Assembly (NCBI GenBank): GCA_964016885.1
Contig: OZ024742.1
Location: 343,232,001-343,296,000, forward strand
Reading direction: 5' to 3'
DNA: 64,000 nt
Source: Eledone cirrhosa
Lineage: Eukaryota
Translations under genes and position numbers: made by a program
Part shown: positions 34,851 through 46,559 of the stretch, piece after piece
Position numbering within the stretch: the first letter of the stretch is position 1
Layout: every line of letters begins with the position of its first letter
The notes under the pieces: model-generated
Told to the model about the DNA's origin: nothing
What the model saw: the letters and a program-made list of their open reading frames with translations, nothing else
Databases searched by the model: none

Positions 34851-35310
34851 TCAAGTAAGGTCACAGTGACTTTTCAACTCAGAACACAAAGAGTTGAAAT
34901 TATGAAGTATACAAATTAGATATAGTAAGAATAAAGCAACCACTCCAGAACACAATGTGGTGATCGTTCCAGGAATCATGAGCTCAATACTAACCACTGG
35001 GCCACTTACTTTCACCTTGAATCATTATGCTAGCAGGGAAAACATGTTAAAATGATGATGATGATAGATTGATAGACACCTTTTAGCTTATGTTATTATT
35101 TATGTGCCCAGGGTGGTGGATTGGCAGTAATCTATTGAGCATCGGACATTATGCTTTGTTAGCTTTGTCTTTCATCCTTATGGGATCAATAAAATAAAGT
35201 ACCAGTAACACACTGGGGTCGATATGATCAACTTTCCCCTCCCAACAAAATTGTTGGCCTTCTGCCTAAATCGTAAACCGTTATTATTTATGTGATCTGT
35301 TTGATTTCAG

Positions 35311-35467
35311 AAGAGATAGAAGAGGACCCTATTGAATTTATTGACAGTATTGAAAATATCCCCAGCAATGAGATTGTCCCCTTACAGCATCTTTCTCTCA
35401 ACCGGCTGCCATCATCTGCACCACATCCAACTGAAAAAGCCTCACCAATATCACAGACTGGCTCTGA
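35311..35467 (+). CDS. Host gene exon C (157 nt, phase 1-2): EEIEEDPIEFIDSIENIPSNEIVPLQHLSLNRLPSSAPHPTEKASPISQTGS
   Basis: Acceptor ctgtttgatttcAG, donor GTATGT; phases match exons B and D. Confidence 0.8.
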
Positions 35468-35536
35468 GTATGTTTTGGTTACTTTTTATTCTTGACTCTT
35501 TATGATGTGTACTTATATATATATATATATATATAT

Positions 35537-36626
35537 ATAACTAAGAACATAGATTTTACATGTGGCCGGTGCTCTGGTGCAATAAGTAGCAGCAAGTGCC
35601 CACAAAATACTAGCTCTTTCAATTGCGCAGAGGGTTCTATAGAAATAGTGGACAGCTTCCGTTACCTGGGCGATAAAATCAGCAGTGGGGGAGGGTGCTC
35701 TGAAAGTACTGTAGCTAGAGTCAGAACTGGTTGGAAAAAGTTCAGAGAGCTTATACCACTATTAGCTGCTAAAGGGTTCTCACTAAAAATGAAAGGCAGG
35801 TTGTACGATGCCTGCATACGAACAGCAATGCTGCATGGTAGTGAGACCTGGGCATTGTGTGCAGAGGATATACGCAGACTAGAGAGGAACGAAGCTTGCA
35901 TGCTCCGCTGGATGTGTAACAGTAATATACGTGAACGGCAAAGCATAAACGAACTAAGGAAAAAAATTAGAGATAAGAGGGATCAGATGTTGTTTACTCG
36001 AGAGAAGGCTACGTTGGTATGGACACGTGATGCGCATGAAAGTCGATAGCTGTATAACAAAGTGCAGGGCAATAAAGATAGACGGTAGTCACGGAATAGG
36101 CAGACCTAGAAAAACCTGGGACGAGCTGATAAACTCCGACATCACACACTTACACCTCTCCAAGACAATGTCACTGGACCGAGACCTTTGGCGGTACTCA
36201 GTAACAGAGAAGACCCGCCTTACCTAAATATATAGTAAAACCTACTCCAGCCAGTAGGCATCTCTAACAAAATACACCCCGTCCCACCACCACCACCCCC
36301 ACCCCATCCACACCACCCCGTTCTATGTAAAGTTATGTTGGTGCCGCGCCATCGAGGCCGAAACAAATGAGATCGTGTAGGTGTCACGACAAAAAAACAC
36401 ACAGTCCACGCTGTAATGTGGCCGTGTAGGCAACACGGTAAAAACCTCCCAGACCCACACTGTAAATGTGGTTGGTGTTAGGAAGGGCATCCAACTGTAG
36501 AAAACCTGCCAGACAGTCCTATGCGAGCAAGACAATCACTCTTGCCTCAAGTGGGACTACCCCCGTCCAAACCCATGCAAGCGTGGAACACGGACGTTAA
36601 ACGTTGATGATGATGATGATGATGAT
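35537..36626 (+). mobile_element. 5'-truncated RTE-A copy (A5)
   Basis: ORFs 35492-36049 and 36027-36227, 3' UTR, (GAT)n; inserted in (TA)n about 70 nt after the exon C donor. Confidence 0.92.
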
Positions 36627-37357
36627 ATATATATATATATAATTTGTTTTTGAATTTGTTTTGCGAGATTTCTTATCTGAAAACGTGTTTAAACAGATAT
36701 TGTTATGAAAACATGAGTGGAATAGCAACATCACAACTAGTAATTAAGGATAAAATGAAGACATACAGACACACACAAAAACCAAACTAACAAAACAAAT
36801 CAGACACACACACAGATAGAACAATCAACCAACTAGTGACAAGTAAATAAATAAATAAAAACAAACACACGCATACACATCCGGATGTAACGCATGCACA
36901 AACTAAGCACAGAACACACAAAAACAAGATGGTGTACGACAGAAGAAAGGAGAGAGACAAAATAAAAACCTAGTCACTGAGGAGGTCACAGAATATGTGA
37001 CAAAAGAGCTTTGACAATATATAAACAACCTTCCGGTTATTGAACCAACCAACCGGAAACTTATAATAAATTGAAGGGAAAATCAACAGGTGTGTGTTTT
37101 TATTGGCAACATGACCCTCCCAAAGTATAACAATATATATAGGTACCTTTTTTCTGTTTCTCCTTTCTGATCCTATCTCTATTGTGTCTTCCTGGAGAAA
37201 GGCTTAAGCACAACACATTGAACTTTCTTTCCAATATAAAGTGTGAAACTAATATGGATTTTTTACCTCTGTTTGTTGTCTCCTTGAATTTATATATATA
37301 TATCTGTGGAGGATATTCAATATTTAACCCTTTCATTACTATATTTCTTATGAAAGA

Positions 37358-37594
37358 CATCATCATTTTTCCACACTCAGAGTTGCTGAAGCATGGAACA
37401 AATTACCTGCATCAGTTGTTAGCTGCCCGGGCACTGCATCATTCAAAACATCCATGCTTCCTGAAATTCGCCAACACTACACCTGATATTTCCCCTCCAC
37501 ACACATGTGTGTGTGCATATCATGACTCAAACATTGTTCACTTTACTGACTTTTGTACTGCACCTGAGCACCGTACACAATAATCTTCATTATT
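37358..37594 (+). mobile_element. 3' end of a CR1-like LINE (unamplified counterpart of the 61-bp satellite source)
   Basis: HFSTLRVAEAWNKLPASVVSCPGTASFKTSMLPEIRQHYT*, then a 3' UTR ending GAGCACCGTACACAATAATCTTCATTATTA. Confidence 0.8.
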
Positions 37595-38074
37595 ACGGTC
37601 TGAGTTCAAATCCCGTTGAGGTTAACTTTACCTTTCATCCTTACGGAGTCGATAACATAAAGTACCAGTAATGTACTGGGATAATTGCTGGCCTTGTGCC
37701 AAAAGTAGAAACAATTATTATCATTTTTTATCCACTTCCTATGATTTTAAAATAACTTTGGAAATAATCAAGAATTTGGAGGGATTTAGTAATATAACTA
37801 ACTTCATAGAAGTGTAATGTGGGTGGTGTTAGGAAAGGCATCAGCCGTAGAAACTGAGCCCAAACCAGTTCTGTATGAGCAAGACATGGTCGTCTGATCT
37901 GACTTGTCTCACAACAGAACAGCTCATCTAAACTATGCTAGCATGGAAAATGGAAGTTGAACAGTGATTATGATGATGATGTAGTAGTTATTTATTGTTA
38001 AACTGTTTTCCATGATGATGATTTGGTAAGTTAATATAATGTTGTTTTCTTTTTCTTTCTTTTACCAATTCCAG

Positions 38075-38124
38075 GGATTCTTCTGATTCAGTGACAGTAC
38101 TATCAGTACCAAACTCTGATATAG
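38075..38124 (+). CDS. Host gene exon D (50 nt, phase 2-1): (E)DSSDSVTVLSVPNSDI
   Basis: Long pyrimidine tract + ccAG acceptor, donor TAG|GTAAGG; phase-compatible on both sides. Confidence 0.8.
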
Positions 38125-38504
38125 GTAAGGTTGAACTGGTCAGTTTATGGCAATCTCTCACCTGAATTGCTCTCGTTTTCAATATATGTGTGCGTATGTA
38201 TGTGTTTGTATGTTCTGCCCTCACACACGTGACTAGATCTACCTCCCCAATCCCCACACACCTCCCGCTACCCAGGTGACCAGTCCACACTGTATAGTGG
38301 TCGTTTTAGTATCACAACAAAAATCACCCAGTACTCACTGTAAGGTGGTCGGTTGTGTAGGTGACATGACAAAACACACTCAGTCCATACTGTAAAGTGG
38401 TCGTGTAGGGGACACAACAAAAAGCACCCAGCCCACACTGTAAAGTGGTCATGTAGGTGACATGTTGAATAAAATAATATATTTCACATTACTCCTTCTG
38501 CCAG

Positions 38505-38604
38505 GTGTTACAACCAACAACAATGGGAAGACCAACGGAAACATTGCTTCCTCTGTCCAATCTGACCATCAGCTCCTTTCTGATATATATAAGGATGATG
38601 ATAT
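38505..38604 (+). CDS. Host gene exon E (100 nt, phase 1-2): (G)VTTNNNGKTNGNIASSVQSDHQLLSDIYKDDD
   Basis: Acceptor actccttctgccAG, donor GTATGT at 38605; frame continues from exon D. Confidence 0.72.
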
Positions 38605-38605
38605 G

Positions 38606-38672
<67 letters not shown>

Positions 38673-38677
38673 TCTAT

Positions 38678-41600
38678 ATTATCATCTTCGTTTAACGTCC
38701 ATCTTCCACGCTAGCATGGGTTAGACGGGAGTTGTCCCACTTGAGGCAAGGTTGGTCGGGTGACCATGTCTCGCTCATATAGGACTATCTGGCAGGTTTT
38801 CTACGGCTGGATGCCCTTCCTAACACCAACCACATTTACAGTGTGGAACTGAGAACTTTTTACCATGCTACCTACATGGCCACATTACAGAGTGGACTGT
38901 GTGTTTTTTTTCTCGTGACACCTACATGATCTCGATCCCATTATCTCATTTATTTGGACTGGATGTTGTGGTACCAACTTTACAGAGAGAGGGTGGTGTT
39001 GGTGGGAGTTGGAGGATTTGATAGGGTAGTGGATTTGGGTGTATATTTGGTTAAGAGGTCCCTACTGACTGTAGGTTTCGCTTTGTACATAGGCAAGGCA
39101 GATCTTCTGTATTACTGCGTAGTGTCAAAGATCTCGGTCCAGTGACATTGCCTTAGAGAAGTGCAAGTGTGTAAGGTTGGAATTTATCAGATCGTCCCAG
39201 GTTTTTCTGGGTCTACCTACTCCGTAACTACCATCAATTTTGATCGCCCTGCAATTTTTATACAGCTGTCGTCTTTCATGCACATCACGTGGCCATACCA
39301 ACGTAGTCTTCTCTCAAGTAAACAGCATCTGATCCCCCTTATTCCTAATTTCTCACTTAGTTCATTCATGCTTTGCCGTTAACGTATATTACTATTACAC
39401 ATCCAACAGAGCATGCATGCTTCGTTCCTTTCCAGTCTGCGCACGTCCTCTGCACGTAATGCCCATGTCTCACTGCCATGTAGCATTGCTGTTCGTATAC
39501 AAGCATCATACAATCTACCTTTCATTTTTAGAGAGAAATCTTTTGTGGCGGTATAAGCTCTCTGAACTTTTTCCATCCCGTTCTGATTCTGGCTACTGTA
39601 CTTTCAGAACACCCTCCACCACTGCTGATTTTGTCACCCAGGTCATGAAAAGTGTCCACTATTTCTATAGAACCATCTGGGCAATAGAAGGAGCTAGTAT
39701 CCTGTGGACACTTGCTACTTATTGCACCTGAGCATCGGCCACATATAAAGTCTATGTTCTTAGATAGTTTACCTGTGATCCCACTACATCTTTTATGTAC
39801 CCATACTTTGCATTTGGGACATAAAATGGAATTTCTGCCTACTCCTTTCCTACACACTGAGCATGGCCATTTCCCTGAGGGTACCTGTGCCCTATTTTCC
39901 TTTCTACAAACTAGAACTTTAGTCTTAGACAAGTTAACTTTAAGGCCTTTTGATTCTAGGCAATGCTTCCATGTTTGGAATTTCTTCTCTAGTTCAGCCA
40001 TTGATTCAGCTATGAGCGTTAGATCATCTGCGTATAGGAGTTCCCATGGGAAGCCAGTCTTGAACTCCTCTGTTATAGCCTGAAGGGCAATAATAAATAG
40101 GAGGGGGCTAAGGACAGAGCCTTGATGAACACCAACATTTACACTAAATTCTTCACAATATTCATTGTTAATTCTAACCTGACTGACTGTTTCTTTATAC
40201 ATAGCTTGTATAGCTCTCACAAGCCATTCATCTACACCTAGTTTTCTAAGAGCCCACCAGATAATGGAGCGGGGGACTCTGTCAAAGGCTTTCTCCAGGT
40301 CTACAAAAGCTAAGTAGAAGGGGTTTACTTTTAGCTAGCTACTTCTGTAGTTGTCGTACAAGAAAAAGAGTGTCTGTGGTACTTTTACCTGACACAAACC
40401 CAAACTGCATTTCATCTAGATCAATTCACTCTCTGATTAGTTGCACTATAACTCTTTCTGTGACCTTCATGACCTGGTCAATTAACTTAAAGCCTCTATA
40501 GTTTCCCCTATCTAGAGCATCCCCTTTACCCTTGTAGCAGTTAATTACTTATTATAATACCTTTAACTTGCACCGCTGGTCCTTCTATTGGATCGATTTG
40601 GGGCAGACTATCTTTTTCCCATTTATTCTCCTCATTTATTAGTCTCTCGTAGTGACACTTCCAGGCTATCTTCTTATCAGTATCAGTGAGGGCAAGTACA
40701 CCGTTATCATGACGGACACACTTCTCCCTGACAATATCACGGTTTTCCTTGACACATTGTCTAGCAATCCTGAACACCTCACGTTTTTGGTCCTCACGTT
40801 GTAGAACATGCTTGAACTTTCTATGCTCTGCTTCCCTTTTTGCAAGGTACACTTGTCTCCTAGTTTCTCTCCTGGCCACTTGGTAGTGCTCTCTACTTCC
40901 CCCATCCTGCCATACTTTCCAAGCCTGCTTTTTGGCCTTGATTGTCTCCTCCTCCTTACTGTGCCACCACCAACTTACTCTCCTCCTGCCAATAGGTCTG
41001 CTCCAGCCACAGATTTCATCCGTTGCTTTCAGCAGGTTCACTTTCAAGAATTGCCACTGTTCCTCTATATCGCACGTCTCTAATTGCTCTTCCTTATTGT
41101 GAAAGGCATAAAGTAATAAGCTTTTAAATTTGTCACTGGCTATGGGGTCCTTCAACTTCCATATTCTTCTCCTCAAGGTAGGCCTCCTCTGTTGTCGAGT
41201 ACGTCTATTCCTGACTATGAGGTCACTAACTACTAGGCTATGTTGGGAGGTGCATTCTTCACGGGGGAGGGATTTAGTGTTTACAACAGACATTTTGTCC
41301 CATCTTCTAGTAAGGATATAATCTATCTGGCTGGCGTGTTCGCCTGATCTATAGGTGATCAAGTGGTTTTCTCGTTTTTTTAAGTTTGTGTTAGAGATAA
41401 TTAGGTTATTAGTGTCACAGAATTCCAGGATTCTGAAGCTCTCTTCATTTCTATTTCCAACCCCATAGCCTCCATGGATTCCATCATAGCCATCACTATG
41501 TTGTCCAACGTGACCATTTAGGTCGCCAGCAATAATTAAGTAGTCGCTGTCGGTTATTTGGGAGGTAGTGTGCATTAGCATCTCATAGAACCTGTCCTTT

Positions 41601-42398
41601 ATAACGTCAGGTAGACCAGATTGGGGTGCATAAGCGGATATTATTGTCACAGTAGTTCTATTTAGAACTAGTCTTATTTTAATTATTATGTCATTCACTC
41701 TATTACGTCAATTACCTTATCTACCCATTTTTCAGCTAACATAATTCCTACACCACCCAGTCCGTTGTCATTTCCTACCCAGAAAAGTTTATAGCATCGT
41801 TTTTTACCCACGATGAATCTGGCAGACCCACCTCTCCACCTAGTCTCTTGAATACAACAAACATCAACTTCTTTACGTTCAAGCATCTCTACAACCTCAT
41901 TTGCGCGACCTTTCAATGTGCCTACTTTCATGGTACCAACTCTGAAGTTGGGAGGGTGGAATGGATGGGTTGGAGGGGCAGGGAGGGGTGTGGAAGACGG
42001 AATTATGTTGGTCATCCGTGTCTGAAATAAAGAGGGGTGCTTGTATTCTCGTCCTGCAGCGGGAGGTGAATTTATCTTTATCTGTGACATTGTCATTGAG
42101 TGCTTAGACTTTCCAAATTCCGCAGTCCACCCATTAAATAGGTCTAAACTTAAGGAGTAGTAACCGAGGTGGTAGCTTTGCTATACTGATTTCTTAGAGA
42201 ACTTACTATAAGCCTCTGATTTATGATTGGACCATATAGCAATGGTGCTGTATGGGGGGGGGGGGTAACTTTAGGAGAAGATTAGTTTTTAGGAAGTGTC
42301 CAACATATTACTGGCATAAATAGGAGTTTAAAACACTGCTTATTGAGTCAACTTTATGGGTAACTTTAGGAGAAGGTTAGTTTTTAGGAAGGGTCCAA
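38678..42398 (-). mobile_element. Near full-length decayed RTE-A copy (A6) with ~165-nt internal deletion
   Basis: ORF pieces 41695-42096, 40541-41698, 39528-40220; deletion junction near 40546 (IIISN to NCYKG); duplicated ~40-nt 5' motif at ~42263-42302 and 42358-42398. Confidence 0.92.
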
Positions 42399-42463
42399 AT
42401 ATATGTATATATCTAAACTTATGCTAGTGTGGAAGATAGACGTTAAACGATGATGATAATGTA

Positions 42464-42497
<34 letters not shown>

Positions 42498-44329
42498 AAC
42501 ATATGGTAGCCTTGCACTGAAAAATATTTTTTCTATGATAGCGAGGTTACCATATAGTATATGCTTTCATATACACCTCTATTATGTTTAAACACTGTCT
42601 TACTGGTACTTCCATTTATATATATATATAATTCGTATATAAATACATTTGTGTGTGTGTATATATATATAAGGGTATGGGTAAAGACCCCTTTCGTCAT
42701 GAATGTCAATGGGATTTGCACCTAGAAAGATCTCCTCCGAGGCACAAGCCCAGGAAAGTTTGTTTGTGGAAGACCAGCAGTCACCCATGCATACGAGTTC
42801 CCTCTCTCCACGCCACCGATGTTGTCCACAGGAAAGCCATAGGTTGATAGAGCTTGGCACTAATGACGTCACAACTCATTTCTACAGCTGAGTGAACTGG
42901 ATGCAACACATCACCCAGTCTGGGATATAATGATGATATGGGTTCCTACCCGTCGGCTCCTACCCTTACTTCCTTGCAGATTCTGCCCTCCTTCCCCCCT
43001 CTTAAATTTAACACTCCTTCACTCCTCTCAGGATCACCATCATTCCTTAAAATCCTAATATAGCACCAGTTTACTGCTCCACTCTCCTCCACCCCATCCA
43101 GTAACTGTTACCATAGTATCTCCCACGATATTGGATGGAGGTTGCCTCCCACCCATTTTCTCCCCCGTTTACTTCCCTGTTAAATGCCACTACTACATCT
43201 ACACAGTTTCGACCCCTACTAATCAATGGTACTGCTGGTCCATCTGGAATTAGGGGTTGAAATTGTGTATGTCTTTTCTGAAAGCCACAGAGTTTTCTAG
43301 CTGCTGCCAATATTGCAATATTATCCATGATGATGATGATGATGCTTGTCGCGGCTTCCTCTCCTTTTCTTTGGTTTTGCTTTATTTATTTTGTTTTACA
43401 TATTCGAAACGGCTATTTCTACCCTACCCCTAACACCTAACCCTTAAATTTCATTTCTGATGTGTGTTTATAACCTGTCAAACCCATGCCAGCAGCATGG
43501 TTACTGGCTGGCCAGCTGTAAAATCATTTTGTTCGTTTGTTTTATTGCTTCGTTAATTTATTAATTACTACCCCCACCATCACCCTCGCCACTACCATCC
43601 CTCAACCCCACCCCCACCATCACCCTCACTACTACCAGCCCTCATCACCTCTCCCACTTTCACCCCTACTACTATTACTCCAAAAAACAAAATGAAAAAG
43701 AATGAATGTGTAAATTCATACTTTATGTAAGTTTTCCAAATTGTTAAAACCTTTATCAGCCACTTTAGTACTTTTTGAAAGTTTACTGGAGTATATTTTG
43801 TGCTTAATTCCTCTACTTTCCTATACAGCCAGATCTGCCCTTCTTTACCTCCTCCCCCCTTTTTTTACTTAATCTTTTTTTAATATTTACGTCATTGAAT
43901 AACTTTTGTTTGTAAAATATCTAAAATTAAAGTCTCAAGCCAGGAGGCTTGTCAGGCCGGTGTTTATCCTGGGTAAAGCGATTGAGAGTACAAGAATCCC
44001 GACTCAACAGTTTGCCAGTCCATTGCAGGGTTGAAGTCTGTCTTGAGCCTCCTGAGGCTCATCAGTATATGTATGTATGTTACAGCTCACACCTATGCAA
44101 GTTTAGCTGGTCTCCTCCAAGGTATATCTCGTTGGAGGTGTCTTAGGTAATTTAATGATAGGGACCCCAGTCCTATCATCTCATTTCTACAGCTGAGTAA
44201 ACTGGAGCAACATGAAATAAAGTGTCTTGCTCAAGGAAACAACACATCACCCAGTCCGAGAATTGAACTCACAACCTTTCGATTGCAAGCCCAATGCTCT
44301 AACCACTAAGTCATGTGCCTTCACCAGGC

Positions 44330-44561
44330 TCACCAGGCAGGGACTTATCCCTGTTTTGTAGAATGAAGCAGCTGAGAGTACATAATGACAGTTCATTGCA
44401 GGGTTAAACCCCAAGATATTGCTGGTACCCATTTTCAGCTGAGTATACTGGAGCAGCGTGAAATGAAGTGTTTTGCTCAAGAACACAACACACAACCGAG
44501 CCGAGGAATTGAATCTATGACATTATGATCCAACACCCTTACCACTAGGCCACGCACCTCC
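44330..44561 (-). mobile_element. tRNA-derived SINE (third family); second copy at ~50850-51128 (-)
   Basis: Minus: GGAGGTGCGTGGCCTAGTGGTAAGGGTGTTGG..GATTCAATTCC..TTCTTGAGCAAAACACTTCATTTCAC..CTCAGCTGAAAATGGGTACCAGC. Confidence 0.75.
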
Positions 44562-45043
44562 ATATCAAATATAGTTGACATAATATAGAAAAATATTCAA
44601 GACATAAAATGACTAAATGTTATATGAAAATTTATAATTGGAATTATGAAAAAAATTAAGGTCTTAACGAAGAAATTGTTAACAATAACATCAACATCTT
44701 TGTTTTTTTAATTAAAAGTCCATATAATGTTTTAAGGAATATTGTATAAACAGCTCCTCATTATCTTCGTTAACTGAACAGTTTTTCTCTCTTTGCTAAT
44801 TAAACAGCTTTTTTTTTGGCATACCTCGTATGAAATATCTGTCTTCTTTTTCTTTCTTTCTTTCTTTCTGTCCGCCTTTCTTTCTTTCTCTTTTGATTTA
44901 CTTCTTCAGATGTTTATATTGAAATGTTGAGAATTGGCTTTTAACAATTCTGAATTCTTAACAAAAGCTGCTGCTCCATCTTGGCCTGGCATGGCCTACT
45001 ATATAAATTTATGTTTATAGATATGTGTGTGTGTGTCTATATA

Positions 45044-45076
<33 letters not shown>

Positions 45077-45470
45077 TGAGAAAGCAACACAAAATAAAAT
45101 GAATATTAAAACTCTACTTCAATATTGAGTATTTCTTTCTCTCAGCCACCAACCACTTATGGATATATATATATATACTTACACACACACACAGACTTGT
45201 TATTTCATGATCTTTTCCAACCAGTTCGTTCACTAAATCTTTCATTGTTTATGTTGTTATTTACTGTTGTTGTTGTTGTATAACTACACTTTATTCTTCA
45301 ACCCCTCCCTTCACACGCTGACTCTGTTTCCTTATAAACTTTCTTAATAATGCATTGTTTTTTCTTTTTATGAAATTTTTGAAGAGATACATTTTCAAAC
45401 ACTTTGCATTCTTTTCTCATTGCCTCATAATATGGACAACCCGTTTAACCAATGCAGGCAGGGAAAAACA

Positions 45471-45515
<45 letters not shown>

Positions 45516-45520
<5 letters not shown>

Positions 45521-45634
45521 AACCTGTAAGACCCCGGCAGCTGAGCTCAAGCCGTTTCGACGGCTAATTCTGGAGTCCAGAATTAGCCGTCGAAACGGCT
45601 TGAGCTCAGCTGTCGGGGTCTTACTGGTTCCTAT
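45516..45634. repeat. Near-perfect 119-bp palindrome heading a short element (to ~45712) inserted in (TA)n
   Basis: Arms centred on 45575 with 2 mismatches; the right arm holds GAAAC GGCT tgagctc AGCT GTC (hammerhead 3' half). The element's last ~38 nt recur inverted at 18003-18040. Confidence 0.9.
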
Positions 45635-45888
45635 TACCCACTCTACTACCTCAAGTATTGAGTACTTTGGTGCGTGATGGTCCACCTGGTTCCTTACCAC
45701 ATTTCCTTCGTTATATATATATATATATATATAGTTGAGCACTGTACACAATAATTTTCATTTTTCATTATTATTTATATTGTCATGCTAGCATTGAAAA
45801 TGGGTGTTAAATGCGTACGCTGAAACACTCATCATTATAGGATACTCTAACCTTGAACTTGGGAAACCCAAGACAATATCTATACCTG

Positions 45889-45928
<40 letters not shown>

Positions 45929-46223
45929 CAAGTATTGCACCAATCAAAATATTAGGAATTTATTTTGCTTTAACATATGTTTCTGCTGTCTATTATAATC
46001 GTCTACATATGCTGATTACAATATGTATTGTTCAATCAAAAGCAGTAGTTAATTATTTATCAAACTTCATCATAAAGCCTATAATTGTGGAAGGGACTAT
46101 TCACTACAGGTAGAATTCAGGAATATATATATATATATATATATATTTCCTTGTATTTCAAGCATTAAACTAATATATTCCTTCCCTCTACTGTACCAAT
46201 TGTGTTGTTTCTGTTTACCTTTT

Positions 46224-46280
<57 letters not shown>

Positions 46281-46559
46281 AAAGGTAAACAGAAATAACA
46301 ACACAATCGGTACAGTATATGGAAGGGATATATATATATATTTGTGACACATTCAGCTTTGTTGGTAACGTGAAATTAAATAAATGAATTAATAAGCAAT
46401 TGTCAGGTGGTTGCTGATAGGAAGGGGATCCAGCTAGAGAAAATTGGCAAAATAAAGGGTCGAGAGGATCCTTCAGTTGTTTCAAGGGCACAGCAACATG
46501 TCCTGTGTTGGTGATATGATAAAATACACCCATTTTAAAGGATTTCAACTTAAAATCTT

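Noticed and set aside
36972-37015. gtca CTGAGGA ggtcaca gaata tgtgac AAAA gagc TT tgac, hammerhead-like
   Set aside because: GAAA is absent and the stem II register is off by one; at best a dead remnant, not supportable alone.
43071-43328. 85-aa minus-strand ORF as a gene
   Set aside because: No splice support or domain; DGPAV and ENGWE resemble scrambled RTE remnants next to a (GAT)n run.
44850-44995. Strong pyrimidine tract + AG at 44909 as a host exon
   Set aside because: All three frames hit a stop within ~35 nt; the alternative ELAFNNSEF.. frame needs a poor acceptor and a GC donor.
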